NCBI GenBank assembly: GCA_023131055.1
Contig: JAGMAB010000001.1
Span: forward strand, 1,486 to 65,485
Source of the DNA: Candidatus Parcubacteria bacterium
GTDB taxonomy: Bacteria > Patescibacteriota > Minisyncoccia > Minisyncoccales > JAGMAB01
Length of the DNA stretch: 64,000 nucleotides
Direction: 5' to 3'
Shown: one piece after another, positions 37,097 to 45,444 of the stretch
How positions within the stretch are numbered: the stretch's first letter is position 1
Layout: each line of letters opens with the position of its first letter
Position numbers and translations under genes: made by a program
The notes under the pieces: generated by a model
Told to the model about the DNA's origin: nothing
Database searches by the model: none
The model's input: the letters and a program-made list of their open reading frames with translations, nothing else

Positions 37097-38931
37097 TTTA
37101 TATTAATCGGAAATAGTTTTCCCAACTCTGTCTTGGAAATTTGAGTATTTCCTGTGATATTGGATACGAAATTTAATTTTTCTTTTGAGGATAGTTGTTT
37201 AGCAACATCCCAAACAGTTAAATTATTTTTTAATGGATTATAAGCAAAATCCATTTTTATTTGGCTTTTTTTATCGGGAGGGAATATTACATTAACATGA
37301 TTTTCGGCAATAAACTTCATTCCGGAAGGGATAATAGCTGATTTTAATCTTGCCGACTTAACTGTTCCCGTGATTCTATTTGTTACGATTGCAGGTCCGA
37401 CATTAAAATTATTAGTCCTAACATACTGAGGTTTATCTTTTCTTGTAATTGGTATTTTTAACCCATCTAGGGTTATATTGTGCGCCCATATTAAAGAGAT
37501 GGCGCCTTTTGGGTTATGTGTAAGAATATCTCTATTTTGGTTCCACACCAATCTCCCTGTTTTAACTTCAAAGTTTAAATCATGTAAAGTCACTTTGCCC
37601 TTGAAAGCATTTTTCAGGTAGTTTGTATTTTCGCTAAAGATTAAAATACCATTTTTCTTAAATAAATAATCTCCTTTATTTTTACCTTTTTTAAGGATTA
37701 ACAACATTATTGATTGCTGGGCTCCATGAAATAATTTAGGATCTTTGATAACTTGCAAGTATTCAATATTAGAATTCTCAACAATAAACTTTCTTACTTT
37801 TGAGAAATAAGCTCCATTATTCATAGATGGAGGAACTACATACGCAAGGTACCCGCCTTTTTTAAGTAAATTTATTCCTTGGTGAATAAATAAACTAAAG
37901 ATATTTACACGACCATTTATTATATCGCCGAATTTCTGTCTTAATGTTTTTGATAGTGTAAATTCATAATAAGGCGGATTTCCAATCACAAAATCATATT
38001 TTCCATATTCTTTATTGAAAAGAGTGTTAGTAGTTTTTATGTTTGCCGTCGGAATTAATTCTTTAGCTATATCTACTAATTTTTTATCTATATCCCATGC
38101 CTCTAATCTGGGATTCTTAAAATATTCTTTCGCTGTAATTAAAAATTCCCCTGTGCCGCAAGCCGGATCTAAAACTCGTGGATTTTTAACAGTATTTGGT
38201 AATTTATTAAGCAATATTTTTCTTATAGACTTGGGTGTAAAATATTGACCGAGAGATTTTCTGTGCCCGATATCCGTTTCTCTCATATATTTAATAGTAG
38301 CTTCAGTAAATTCCTTGCTATCTTGGATTATATCTTGTAGTTCTTTGAAATTTCTAATTACACTAATGACTTTCCCTTGAATAATTAAATCTTTTGTAAA
38401 AATTGGCTTTAGGTTTGGATTGGCTGGTTGTAATCTAAATCTACTCTTTTCTTTGTAAATTTTCTTTAAGGTTACCTCGTTGTCGTTTATTAAGGCAACA
38501 ACTGTTTCGCCATTTTCTGCTGTTGGTTGTTTTCTAATTATTACAGTATCACCGTCAAAAATTCCTTCATCAATCATACTGTTTCCTTGAACCCTTAAAG
38601 CGTAATGTTTCCCTGATTTAGATAACTGATTTTTAGGCACTTCAATAGTTTCTGTATCTTCAATAGCTTCAATCGGCTGTCCGGCTGCAATAGTTCCTAA
38701 TATAGATATTTTTACTAAATCTGAAGATTTCTTTTTTTTATTTATTTCAATAACTCTTGATTGTGTTTTTAGATAACCTTTTTCTCTTAACGCTTCTATG
38801 TGTTGATGAATAGTTGATACCGAAGACAATCTAAAATGCCTCTTTATTTCTTCCAAAGAGGGAGCATAAGTATTTTCTTTAATATACTTAGTAATAAAAT
38901 CTAATATTTGTTTTTGTCTTTTTGTTAGCAT
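37093..38931 (-). CDS. lexA: LexA repressor fused to an N6-adenine DNA methyltransferase
   Basis: LTKRQKQIL HTH, IAAG cleavage site, GNSM and TLKK dyad; then GQYFTP, LDPACGTGEF, IGNPPY. Confidence 0.92.
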   Translation of the reverse strand: MLTKRQKQILDFITKYIKENTYAPSLEEIKRHFRLSSVSTIHQHIEALREKGYLKTQSRVIEINKKKKSSDLVKISILGTIAAGQPIEAIEDTETIEVPKNQLSKSGKHYALRVQGNSMIDEGIFDGDTVIIRKQPTAENGETVVALINDNEVTLKKIYKEKSRFRLQPANPNLKPIFTKDLIIQGKVISVIRNFKELQDIIQDSKEFTEATIKYMRETDIGHRKSLGQYFTPKSIRKILLNKLPNTVKNPRVLDPACGTGEFLITAKEYFKNPRLEAWDIDKKLVDIAKELIPTANIKTTNTLFNKEYGKYDFVIGNPPYYEFTLSKTLRQKFGDIINGRVNIFSLFIHQGINLLKKGGYLAYVVPPSMNNGAYFSKVRKFIVENSNIEYLQVIKDPKLFHGAQQSIMLLILKKGKNKGDYLFKKNGILIFSENTNYLKNAFKGKVTLHDLNFEVKTGRLVWNQNRDILTHNPKGAISLIWAHNITLDGLKIPITRKDKPQYVRTNNFNVGPAIVTNRITGTVKSARLKSAIIPSGMKFIAENHVNVIFPPDKKSQIKMDFAYNPLKNNLTVWDVAKQLSSKEKLNFVSNITGNTQISKTELGKLFPININ

Positions 38932-38972
38932 AGGTTTGACAAGGTTTTTACTCTTGTTATAATTATAGCATA

Positions 38973-38988
38973 CCGAAAAAGAACCGAA
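38973..38988 (-). promoter_or_regulatory. Candidate LexA operator, direct repeat TTCGG-N6-TTCGG
   Basis: CCGAA-AAAGAA-CCGAA on +, beside the extended -10 TGCTATAAT that faces lexA. Confidence 0.6.
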
Positions 38989-39071
38989 AATGCTGTCAAC
39001 CTGTGGAAAACTTTTTAACCAAAAAAAACCGCCTCGCTTGCAGCGCGGCGGTTTTTTGGTAAAATAGAAAT

Positions 39072-39638
39072 ATGAATGTTGAAGTGGAAATAAAAGTTAA
39101 AATAGATAGTTTTGAAGAAGTGAAAAAGAATTTGCTTGACGCCGGCAAATTAGTAAAAACAATAAAACAAATTGATGAATATTATATTCCTTGTCATAGG
39201 GATTTTTTTGCTAATAAACCTCATCCTGTAGAATGGTTGAGAATAAGAACTAATCCTGATAAAGTAGTTTTTGAATATGATAAGTCCATAAATAAAAAAT
39301 CTGACGGCGAGCAGGAATGCGCCAAAGAATATGAAACAGAAATTTCTCAACCTAATGAATTTAGAAAAATTTTAGAATTTTTGGATTTCAAAAAAATAAT
39401 GACAGTTGATAAACAAAGAGAATACTGGAATTGTGGAGATTTTGAAGTTTGCTTGGACAATGTTAAAGATTTAGGATTTTTCATTGAAGTAGAGGCAAAA
39501 GGGGATTTTGAAAATACAGAAAAGGCGAAAAAAGGATGTATGGATTTTTTAGATAAACTTGGAATTGAAAATTGGCAAGAAAACCATATCAAAAAAGGGT
39601 ATCCTGTTCTACTTTTAGAAAAAAATTTGGTAAAATGA
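39072..39638 (+). CDS. CYTH-domain protein (class IV adenylate cyclase-like)
   Basis: EVEIK, QIDEYY, LRIR, FIEVE, KGY. Confidence 0.88.
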   Translation: MNVEVEIKVKIDSFEEVKKNLLDAGKLVKTIKQIDEYYIPCHRDFFANKPHPVEWLRIRTNPDKVVFEYDKSINKKSDGEQECAKEYETEISQPNEFRKILEFLDFKKIMTVDKQREYWNCGDFEVCLDNVKDLGFFIEVEAKGDFENTEKAKKGCMDFLDKLGIENWQENHIKKGYPVLLLEKNLVK

Positions 39639-39717
39639 TAGTGAAAGTTCGTAGAGGTTTAATTCCCGTAGTATAGAAAAAGTGTTGACATAATTTTTAA
39701 TTTGCGTAGTATAAATA

Positions 39718-39845
39718 ATGATGAAAACCTTTGTTCAAATAGAATACACAAGAGCAATTTAGCAGGGAAATAATTGATTGCGAATAGCCGAAAACGACTA
39801 ATGTATTTGGCTATTGTATTAAATTATTTAATCCCTGTTTTTTTT
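39718..39845 (+). promoter_or_regulatory. Leader peptide and terminator-like hairpin (attenuator) before the ABC-F gene
   Basis: uORF MMKTFVQIEYTRAI* (39718..39762), then CAGGGA...TCCCTG-T8 hairpin. Confidence 0.6.
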
Positions 39846-41405
39846 ATGGACAAAAATAACATAAAAATTCCAAAATTTTTTTACGAGAACCAATCAGAAA
39901 AAATTAAAAATCCTTTATTGGTTCTGCATAATATTTCAAAATCCTATGGAGAAGAGGATCTGTTTTCTGCTCTTGATTTAACAATAAATTCTAATGACAG
40001 AATCGCTATTGTGGGAGCGAATGGAATAGGCAAAAGCGCTCTTTTGAAAATAATTATAGGAATAGAGGAAGCAGACGAAGGAAATATCAGTAAAAACAAA
40101 AATCTTAAAATAGGATATCTGCCGCAAGAAACCCTTTGGAAATCTCTTCAAAACACGCTTTTAGAAGAAATGCATTCGGTAAGCGCGGAAACGCTAAAAC
40201 TGAATAGCCTTCGCTATGAAGGATTGATAAAAAATCTTTTAGAAAATTTTGGTTTTTCAGAACAATATCTGCAAAGGAAAATTAAGACATTAAGCGGCGG
40301 AGAAAGGACAAAATTAGCGTTGGCTAAAATTTTAACCCTGAAACCTAATTTGTTGATTTTAGACGAGCCGACTAATCATCTTGACTTAAAAACAATAGAA
40401 TGGCTGGAACAATTCTTGTTAAATTGGAATAAAACCATAATATGCGTATCTCACGATAGATTATTTTTGGATAAAATGTGCGATAAGACATTTGAATTAA
40501 CCAGACAGGGATTGCAAAAATATTATTGTTCTTATTCTGAATACATAAAAGAAAAAGAAAAGCGTATTGAAATACAAGAAAAGAATTATAAAAATCAGCA
40601 AAAGTATTTCAAGAAACAGCAGGAATTTATTGACCGTTTCAGATATAAGGCGGCAATAGCCGGACAAGTTCAAGGCAGGATTAAGCAATTAGCAAAAGTA
40701 GAACGATTAGAAAATCCGAAAGCAACCAGCGATATCAAAATCGCTTTTGACATTGCAGAGAAAACCTGTTCAAAGGTCTTAGAAATCAATGATTTAATAG
40801 TTGGAGATAAGCAATCGCCTTTATTTGAAATACAAGACAGAATAGAAGTAAATTGGGGAGATAAAATCGGCATTATAGGGAATAACGGAGCAGGAAAATC
40901 AAGTTTGTTAAAAACCATTATTGGCGAGCGCCAGAATGTTATTGGAAAAGCAAAAATAACACAAGGAATAAAAATAGGTTATTACGCGCAAGCGCATGAA
41001 GAATTAGATCCGGAAAAAAGTATATTAGAAGAAGTAGCTTCTAAAACAATATCCGATGAAGAAAAAATCAGAAATGTTTTGGGCTGCCTTTTGTTTACCC
41101 AAAACCAGACCGCTAAAAAAATTCATCAATTAAGCGGCGGGGAACGGGCAAGAGTAGCTTTGGCTGAATTAATATTGCAAAGGTCAAATTTCCTTGTATT
41201 AGACGAGCCAACAAATCATTTAGACCTCCCAAGCAAAGAAGTTGTGACTAATATGCTTAAAGAATACAAAGGCGCGATTCTTTTAGTTTCCCACGACCGC
41301 TATATTCTCAATAAAGTATGTAATAATATTTGGGAAATTAAAAATAAGAAATTAAAAGCATATTTAGGGAATTATAAAGATTATCTCTATGCTTTGATGG
41401 ATTAA
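39846..41405 (+). CDS. ABC-F family ATPase
   Basis: Two NBDs (GANGIGKS, GNNGAGKS), LSGGE twice, LDEPTNHLD twice, no TM. Confidence 0.93.
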   Translation: MDKNNIKIPKFFYENQSEKIKNPLLVLHNISKSYGEEDLFSALDLTINSNDRIAIVGANGIGKSALLKIIIGIEEADEGNISKNKNLKIGYLPQETLWKSLQNTLLEEMHSVSAETLKLNSLRYEGLIKNLLENFGFSEQYLQRKIKTLSGGERTKLALAKILTLKPNLLILDEPTNHLDLKTIEWLEQFLLNWNKTIICVSHDRLFLDKMCDKTFELTRQGLQKYYCSYSEYIKEKEKRIEIQEKNYKNQQKYFKKQQEFIDRFRYKAAIAGQVQGRIKQLAKVERLENPKATSDIKIAFDIAEKTCSKVLEINDLIVGDKQSPLFEIQDRIEVNWGDKIGIIGNNGAGKSSLLKTIIGERQNVIGKAKITQGIKIGYYAQAHEELDPEKSILEEVASKTISDEEKIRNVLGCLLFTQNQTAKKIHQLSGGERARVALAELILQRSNFLVLDEPTNHLDLPSKEVVTNMLKEYKGAILLVSHDRYILNKVCNNIWEIKNKKLKAYLGNYKDYLYALMD

Positions 41406-41458
41406 ATTTTGAGCGGTTTTTTGTTGACAAAAAGCCGTATCTCTTGTTTAATAACATT

Positions 41459-43270
41459 ATGGATAAAATTAATATCAGAAACATCGCTATTATCGCTCAT
41501 GTTGACCACGGAAAAACCACGCTGATTGACGCTTTACTGCGCCAGTCCAAAACCGGCTTGGACAAAGATTTGGTTGACAAAGTATGCATAATGGACAGCA
41601 ATGAGCTGGAAAAAGAAAGAGGCATTACTATTTTTTCTAAAAATGCCGCGATTTTTTATAACGGAACTAAAATCAATATCATTGACACTCCGGGTCACGC
41701 GGATTTTGGCGGAGAAGTGGAAAGAGTTTTGAATATGGCGGATGGCTGTTTGCTGTTAATTGACGCAAAAGAAGGTCCAATGCATCAGACCAGATTTGTT
41801 TTGAAAAAGGCGCTTGAAATGGGACATAAAATTATCGTGGTGATTAATAAAATTGATAAACCCGGCGCAAGAATAGATTTTGCCTTAAACGCGACCCTTG
41901 ATTTGTTTTTAGAATTAAGCGCGGATGAAAATGCTTTGAATTTCCCGGTCATTTACGCTTCCGGAAGACAGGGCAAAGCAGGAATGGAACCAGACCTTAA
42001 TAAAATGACTGATATTATCCCTGTTTTTGACGCAATTCTCAAACATATTCCTTCTCCCTTAGGCGATAAGCAAAAACCTCTGCAAATGCTTGTTACATCA
42101 ATTTCAGGAGATGATTTTAAGGGAAGAATTTGCATTGGCAGAATTCATAACGGCGTTATTAAATCCGGACAGGAAATAACTTACATCAATAAATTCGGCA
42201 AAGAAAAGAAATACCGTTTGATTTCTTTAATGACCTTTTCAGGCTTAAACAAAGTTGAAACAGCAGAGGTTTCAGCCGGCGATATTGCGGCTTTAGCCGG
42301 CATACCGGACGCGACAGTCGGAGAAACCATTGCGGCTCCTGAAAATCCAAAAGCTCTGCCTTTAATCAATATAGAAAAACCGACAGTTAAAATGACATTT
42401 TTGGTCAATAATTCTCCGTTTGCCGGCAAAGAAGGAAAGTTTTCAACTTCGCGCCAATTAAAAGCAAGATTGTATAAAGAACTGGAAACCGATGTGGCGT
42501 TAAACATTGAAGAATTAACAAGCGTGAGCTGGATTGTTTCCGGACGCGGAGAACTGCATTTAGCTATTTTTATTGAAAGAATGCGGCGCGAGGGTTATGA
42601 ATTGCAGGTTTCCAGACCACAGGTGATTGTTAAAGAAATTGACGGGCAGAAAATGGCGCCGTTTGAAAAGGTTTGCGTTGAAGTGCCGGAAAAATTCCAT
42701 GGTTCTGTGATACAAAAAATGAATAGCCGAAAAGGAGAAATGGTTGATATGAAAAATATTGACAACACGGTTTTTTTGGAATTTATTATTCCAACAAGAG
42801 GCCTTTTCGGATACCGGAACGAATTTCTAACCGACACCAAAGGCACAGGTATTATTAACGCTAATTTTTATAAATATCAAAAGGATCCCGGCAACTGGAA
42901 AGAAAGAGACCATGGTTCTTTGGTGGCGCACGAAACAGGTATGACCAATTTATACGGATTGAGAAACATTCAAAGCAGAGGGGTTTTGTTTTTGGGACCG
43001 GCAATTAAAGTTTATGAAGGACAAGTTGTGGGACAAAATTCAAGAAGCAATGATATCAGAGTAAATGTCTGCAAGGAAAAACAGCTTTCAAATATGCGTT
43101 CGCGGGGCGAGGGCACGACCGAGCATTTTAACGAACCGAAAATCATGGAATTGGAAGACGCCCTGGTTTATATCAGCGATGACGAGCTTGTAGAAATTAC
43201 TCCCAAAAATATCCGCATAAGAAAAATCTTTTTGGACGAAATCAGCGCGAAACGCGCCGCGAAAATTTGA
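41459..43270 (+). CDS. typA: Translational GTPase TypA/BipA
   Basis: IAHVDHGKTT, DTPGHADFGGEVER, GRGELHL, VEITPKNIRIRK. Confidence 0.97.
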   Translation: MDKINIRNIAIIAHVDHGKTTLIDALLRQSKTGLDKDLVDKVCIMDSNELEKERGITIFSKNAAIFYNGTKINIIDTPGHADFGGEVERVLNMADGCLLLIDAKEGPMHQTRFVLKKALEMGHKIIVVINKIDKPGARIDFALNATLDLFLELSADENALNFPVIYASGRQGKAGMEPDLNKMTDIIPVFDAILKHIPSPLGDKQKPLQMLVTSISGDDFKGRICIGRIHNGVIKSGQEITYINKFGKEKKYRLISLMTFSGLNKVETAEVSAGDIAALAGIPDATVGETIAAPENPKALPLINIEKPTVKMTFLVNNSPFAGKEGKFSTSRQLKARLYKELETDVALNIEELTSVSWIVSGRGELHLAIFIERMRREGYELQVSRPQVIVKEIDGQKMAPFEKVCVEVPEKFHGSVIQKMNSRKGEMVDMKNIDNTVFLEFIIPTRGLFGYRNEFLTDTKGTGIINANFYKYQKDPGNWKERDHGSLVAHETGMTNLYGLRNIQSRGVLFLGPAIKVYEGQVVGQNSRSNDIRVNVCKEKQLSNMRSRGEGTTEHFNEPKIMELEDALVYISDDELVEITPKNIRIRKIFLDEISAKRAAKI

Positions 43271-43531
43271 CAAAAATTCTTAAATTTGCTATTTTAAAAA
43301 AAATTGGATGAGACCTCTTGACAAGGTTTCTTGGTTTGTTAAACTGGGCTCTCCTGATATTGGCAAGTTCTAAAATAGTTGTTATATTTGTTTTATAATA
43401 AAAGCATTGTAGGTGATTGATTGGTTATTAGTAAAAAATTAGCAATCAGTCAGTCGCCTGCAATAAAACATTGTAGTGATTCAGTTAGGGGATAATGTAT
43501 GCCTGGGACGACTAAAAAGGAGTAATAAATT

Positions 43532-44011
43532 ATGAAAGAAAAAGCGATAGAAGTTTTGAATGAAGCATTGCATAGGATAATAGAAAACTCGCGAGTGATA
43601 AAACCAACGGCAATTGAACACCATTGCGCAGATGGACCAGACAGCAGGGGATATACAATGGGACGCAGAGTTTTCCAGTTAAATGATATTAAGTTCGAAA
43701 TAGCGGATTTGACAACTGAAAAACAACATATAGCTAGAGTAGATGTGATAGCGGATATGAATAAATACGGCGATATTACAAGAAAAAGTATTGATTTTAT
43801 TCCAGGTGAGCAATGGGACCAAGGAAAAATAGAGATAACAGAACATTGGTGGTTTCCGGCTTATGATTCCGTCTGTTCAGCAAGGGTATCGGAAACGGTA
43901 AAAAGAAGAACAAAAAAACAAATAGAGACACTGATTCAATGGCTGCGAGATCAGGGAGTACAGCTCTTTAATACAACAAAATACAGGATTAGTACAGATA
44001 TTTTAAAATAA
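43532..44011 (+). CDS. Hypothetical protein
   Basis: 159-aa ORF with SD AAGGAG and its own terminator. Confidence 0.6.
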   Translation: MKEKAIEVLNEALHRIIENSRVIKPTAIEHHCADGPDSRGYTMGRRVFQLNDIKFEIADLTTEKQHIARVDVIADMNKYGDITRKSIDFIPGEQWDQGKIEITEHWWFPAYDSVCSARVSETVKRRTKKQIETLIQWLRDQGVQLFNTTKYRISTDILK

Positions 44012-44019
44012 AATTTAAA

Positions 44020-44070
44020 AGGCGATGAGAGTTGAATTATACTCAATTCAATGACTCGCCTGTTTTTTTT
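44020..44070 (+). terminator. Intrinsic terminator
   Basis: AGGCGA...TTGAATT/AATTCAA...TCGCCT followed by T8. Confidence 0.7.
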
Positions 44071-44116
44071 GTAGGGGGGGGTTGACAAGTTTTAGAATAC
44101 TTGTTATAATTATTTA

Positions 44117-44227
44117 TAATAAAAGGCGTAGTAAATTTACTATGCTTTTTATTAATTTAAAGAACTATTTCTGGGCGCCGACTAACGAAATTTCCTCCTT
44201 AGTCCGGCGCCCAAAAATGGTTCTTTT
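44117..44227 (+). ncRNA. Candidate two-hairpin small RNA with a C-rich loop
   Basis: Follows TTGACA-17-TATAAT (44082..44110); no ORF; loop CGAAATTTCCTCC; ends in TTTT before the next promoter. Confidence 0.5.
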
Positions 44228-44325
44228 GGGTTGACAAGGTTTTATTAGAGTGTTATATAACTATTATAAAACAAGTTCCTTAAAAATTAAATAGAAAAAC
44301 CTTAGGAGGTGAAAAAAAAGAAAAA

Positions 44326-45444
44326 ATGAATGATGTAGAACTGAACATACTGAACATAAAGGAAAATGAAAAACCTACGGTAACAGTGTTGATTCCCGCT
44401 TACAATGAAGAAGAACATATAGCAGAAACTATTCAAAACATTAAAGAACAAAGCTATCCGAATATAATACAGATTTTGGTAGTTGATGACGCTTCAACCG
44501 ATAATACTAACAAGATAGCAAGAGAATACGGCGCAGAAGTTATTAGAACGCCTGAAAATTCAGGAACAAAAGCCCAAGCGCAGAATTTTGCTCTTCCTTA
44601 TTTAAAAGGAGAACTAACAATGACAATAGACGCTGATACGACATTAGACCCAAAAGCAACCGAAGATATAGTAAAGAAATTTATTGAAGAACAAGATATT
44701 GCTTCAGTATGCGGGTTTGTGGTGCCGGAGAGAAGAAAAAATTTCTGGGAATTAGGTAGGACAATACAATACCTTTACGGACTCTTTATGCGAAAGAAAA
44801 CACAGGAATATTTGGGCATACCGATTGTCTGTTCCGGCTGTTTCTCTACATTTAATACAAAGATTTTGCAAGAGTATGGATTCAAAGACAGAACAATGGT
44901 TGAAGACATGGACTTGACCTGGCAGTTTCTGACAGAAAAGAAAAAAGTGAGATTTTTACCGGATGTAGTATGTTTTCCAAAAGACCCACACAACTGGAAA
45001 ACATACAGAGGACAAGTGAGCAGATGGTTAAGGGGATTTTTTCAGTGTATGTCTATTTACAAAAAAGATGTTTGGAAAAACAAAAAATTGGCGTTCTTTC
45101 TTTATTGGTATTTACTGGAGGGATTAATAGGGGCTATATTTTATCCTTTATTAATCTGGACTTTGATATATCCTCCAAGCCAATATTTAGTGATAACAGA
45201 GCCAATATATTTAGTGATTCCATTGAAAGCTGTGATGCCATTGATGTTTCTGTCTTCTGTAGCAATAGTAACGATTTGTTCGCTTTACCAGGGAAGTAAA
45301 TTGAAAATAAAGAAAACAGAGGTCTTGAAAGGAATACCGTGTTATTTCGTTCTAATTTTGTTGGATTGCTTCATGTTTTTTGAAGCATTTGTGAATGAGT
45401 GGGTATTGAAAAGGAAATTGGAAAAATGGGAAAAAGGACATTAA
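44326..45444 (+). CDS. Processive GT2 glycosyltransferase (IcaA/PgaC-like)
   Basis: IPAYNE, VDDAS, IDAD, VEDM, QVSRW; C-terminal TMs. Confidence 0.9.
   Translation: MNDVELNILNIKENEKPTVTVLIPAYNEEEHIAETIQNIKEQSYPNIIQILVVDDASTDNTNKIAREYGAEVIRTPENSGTKAQAQNFALPYLKGELTMTIDADTTLDPKATEDIVKKFIEEQDIASVCGFVVPERRKNFWELGRTIQYLYGLFMRKKTQEYLGIPIVCSGCFSTFNTKILQEYGFKDRTMVEDMDLTWQFLTEKKKVRFLPDVVCFPKDPHNWKTYRGQVSRWLRGFFQCMSIYKKDVWKNKKLAFFLYWYLLEGLIGAIFYPLLIWTLIYPPSQYLVITEPIYLVIPLKAVMPLMFLSSVAIVTICSLYQGSKLKIKKTEVLKGIPCYFVLILLDCFMFFEAFVNEWVLKRKLEKWEKGH

Noticed and set aside
35930..39070. Integrative element at tRNA-Gln
   Set aside because: No integrase and no duplicated tRNA 3' end found; only the adjacency is supported.
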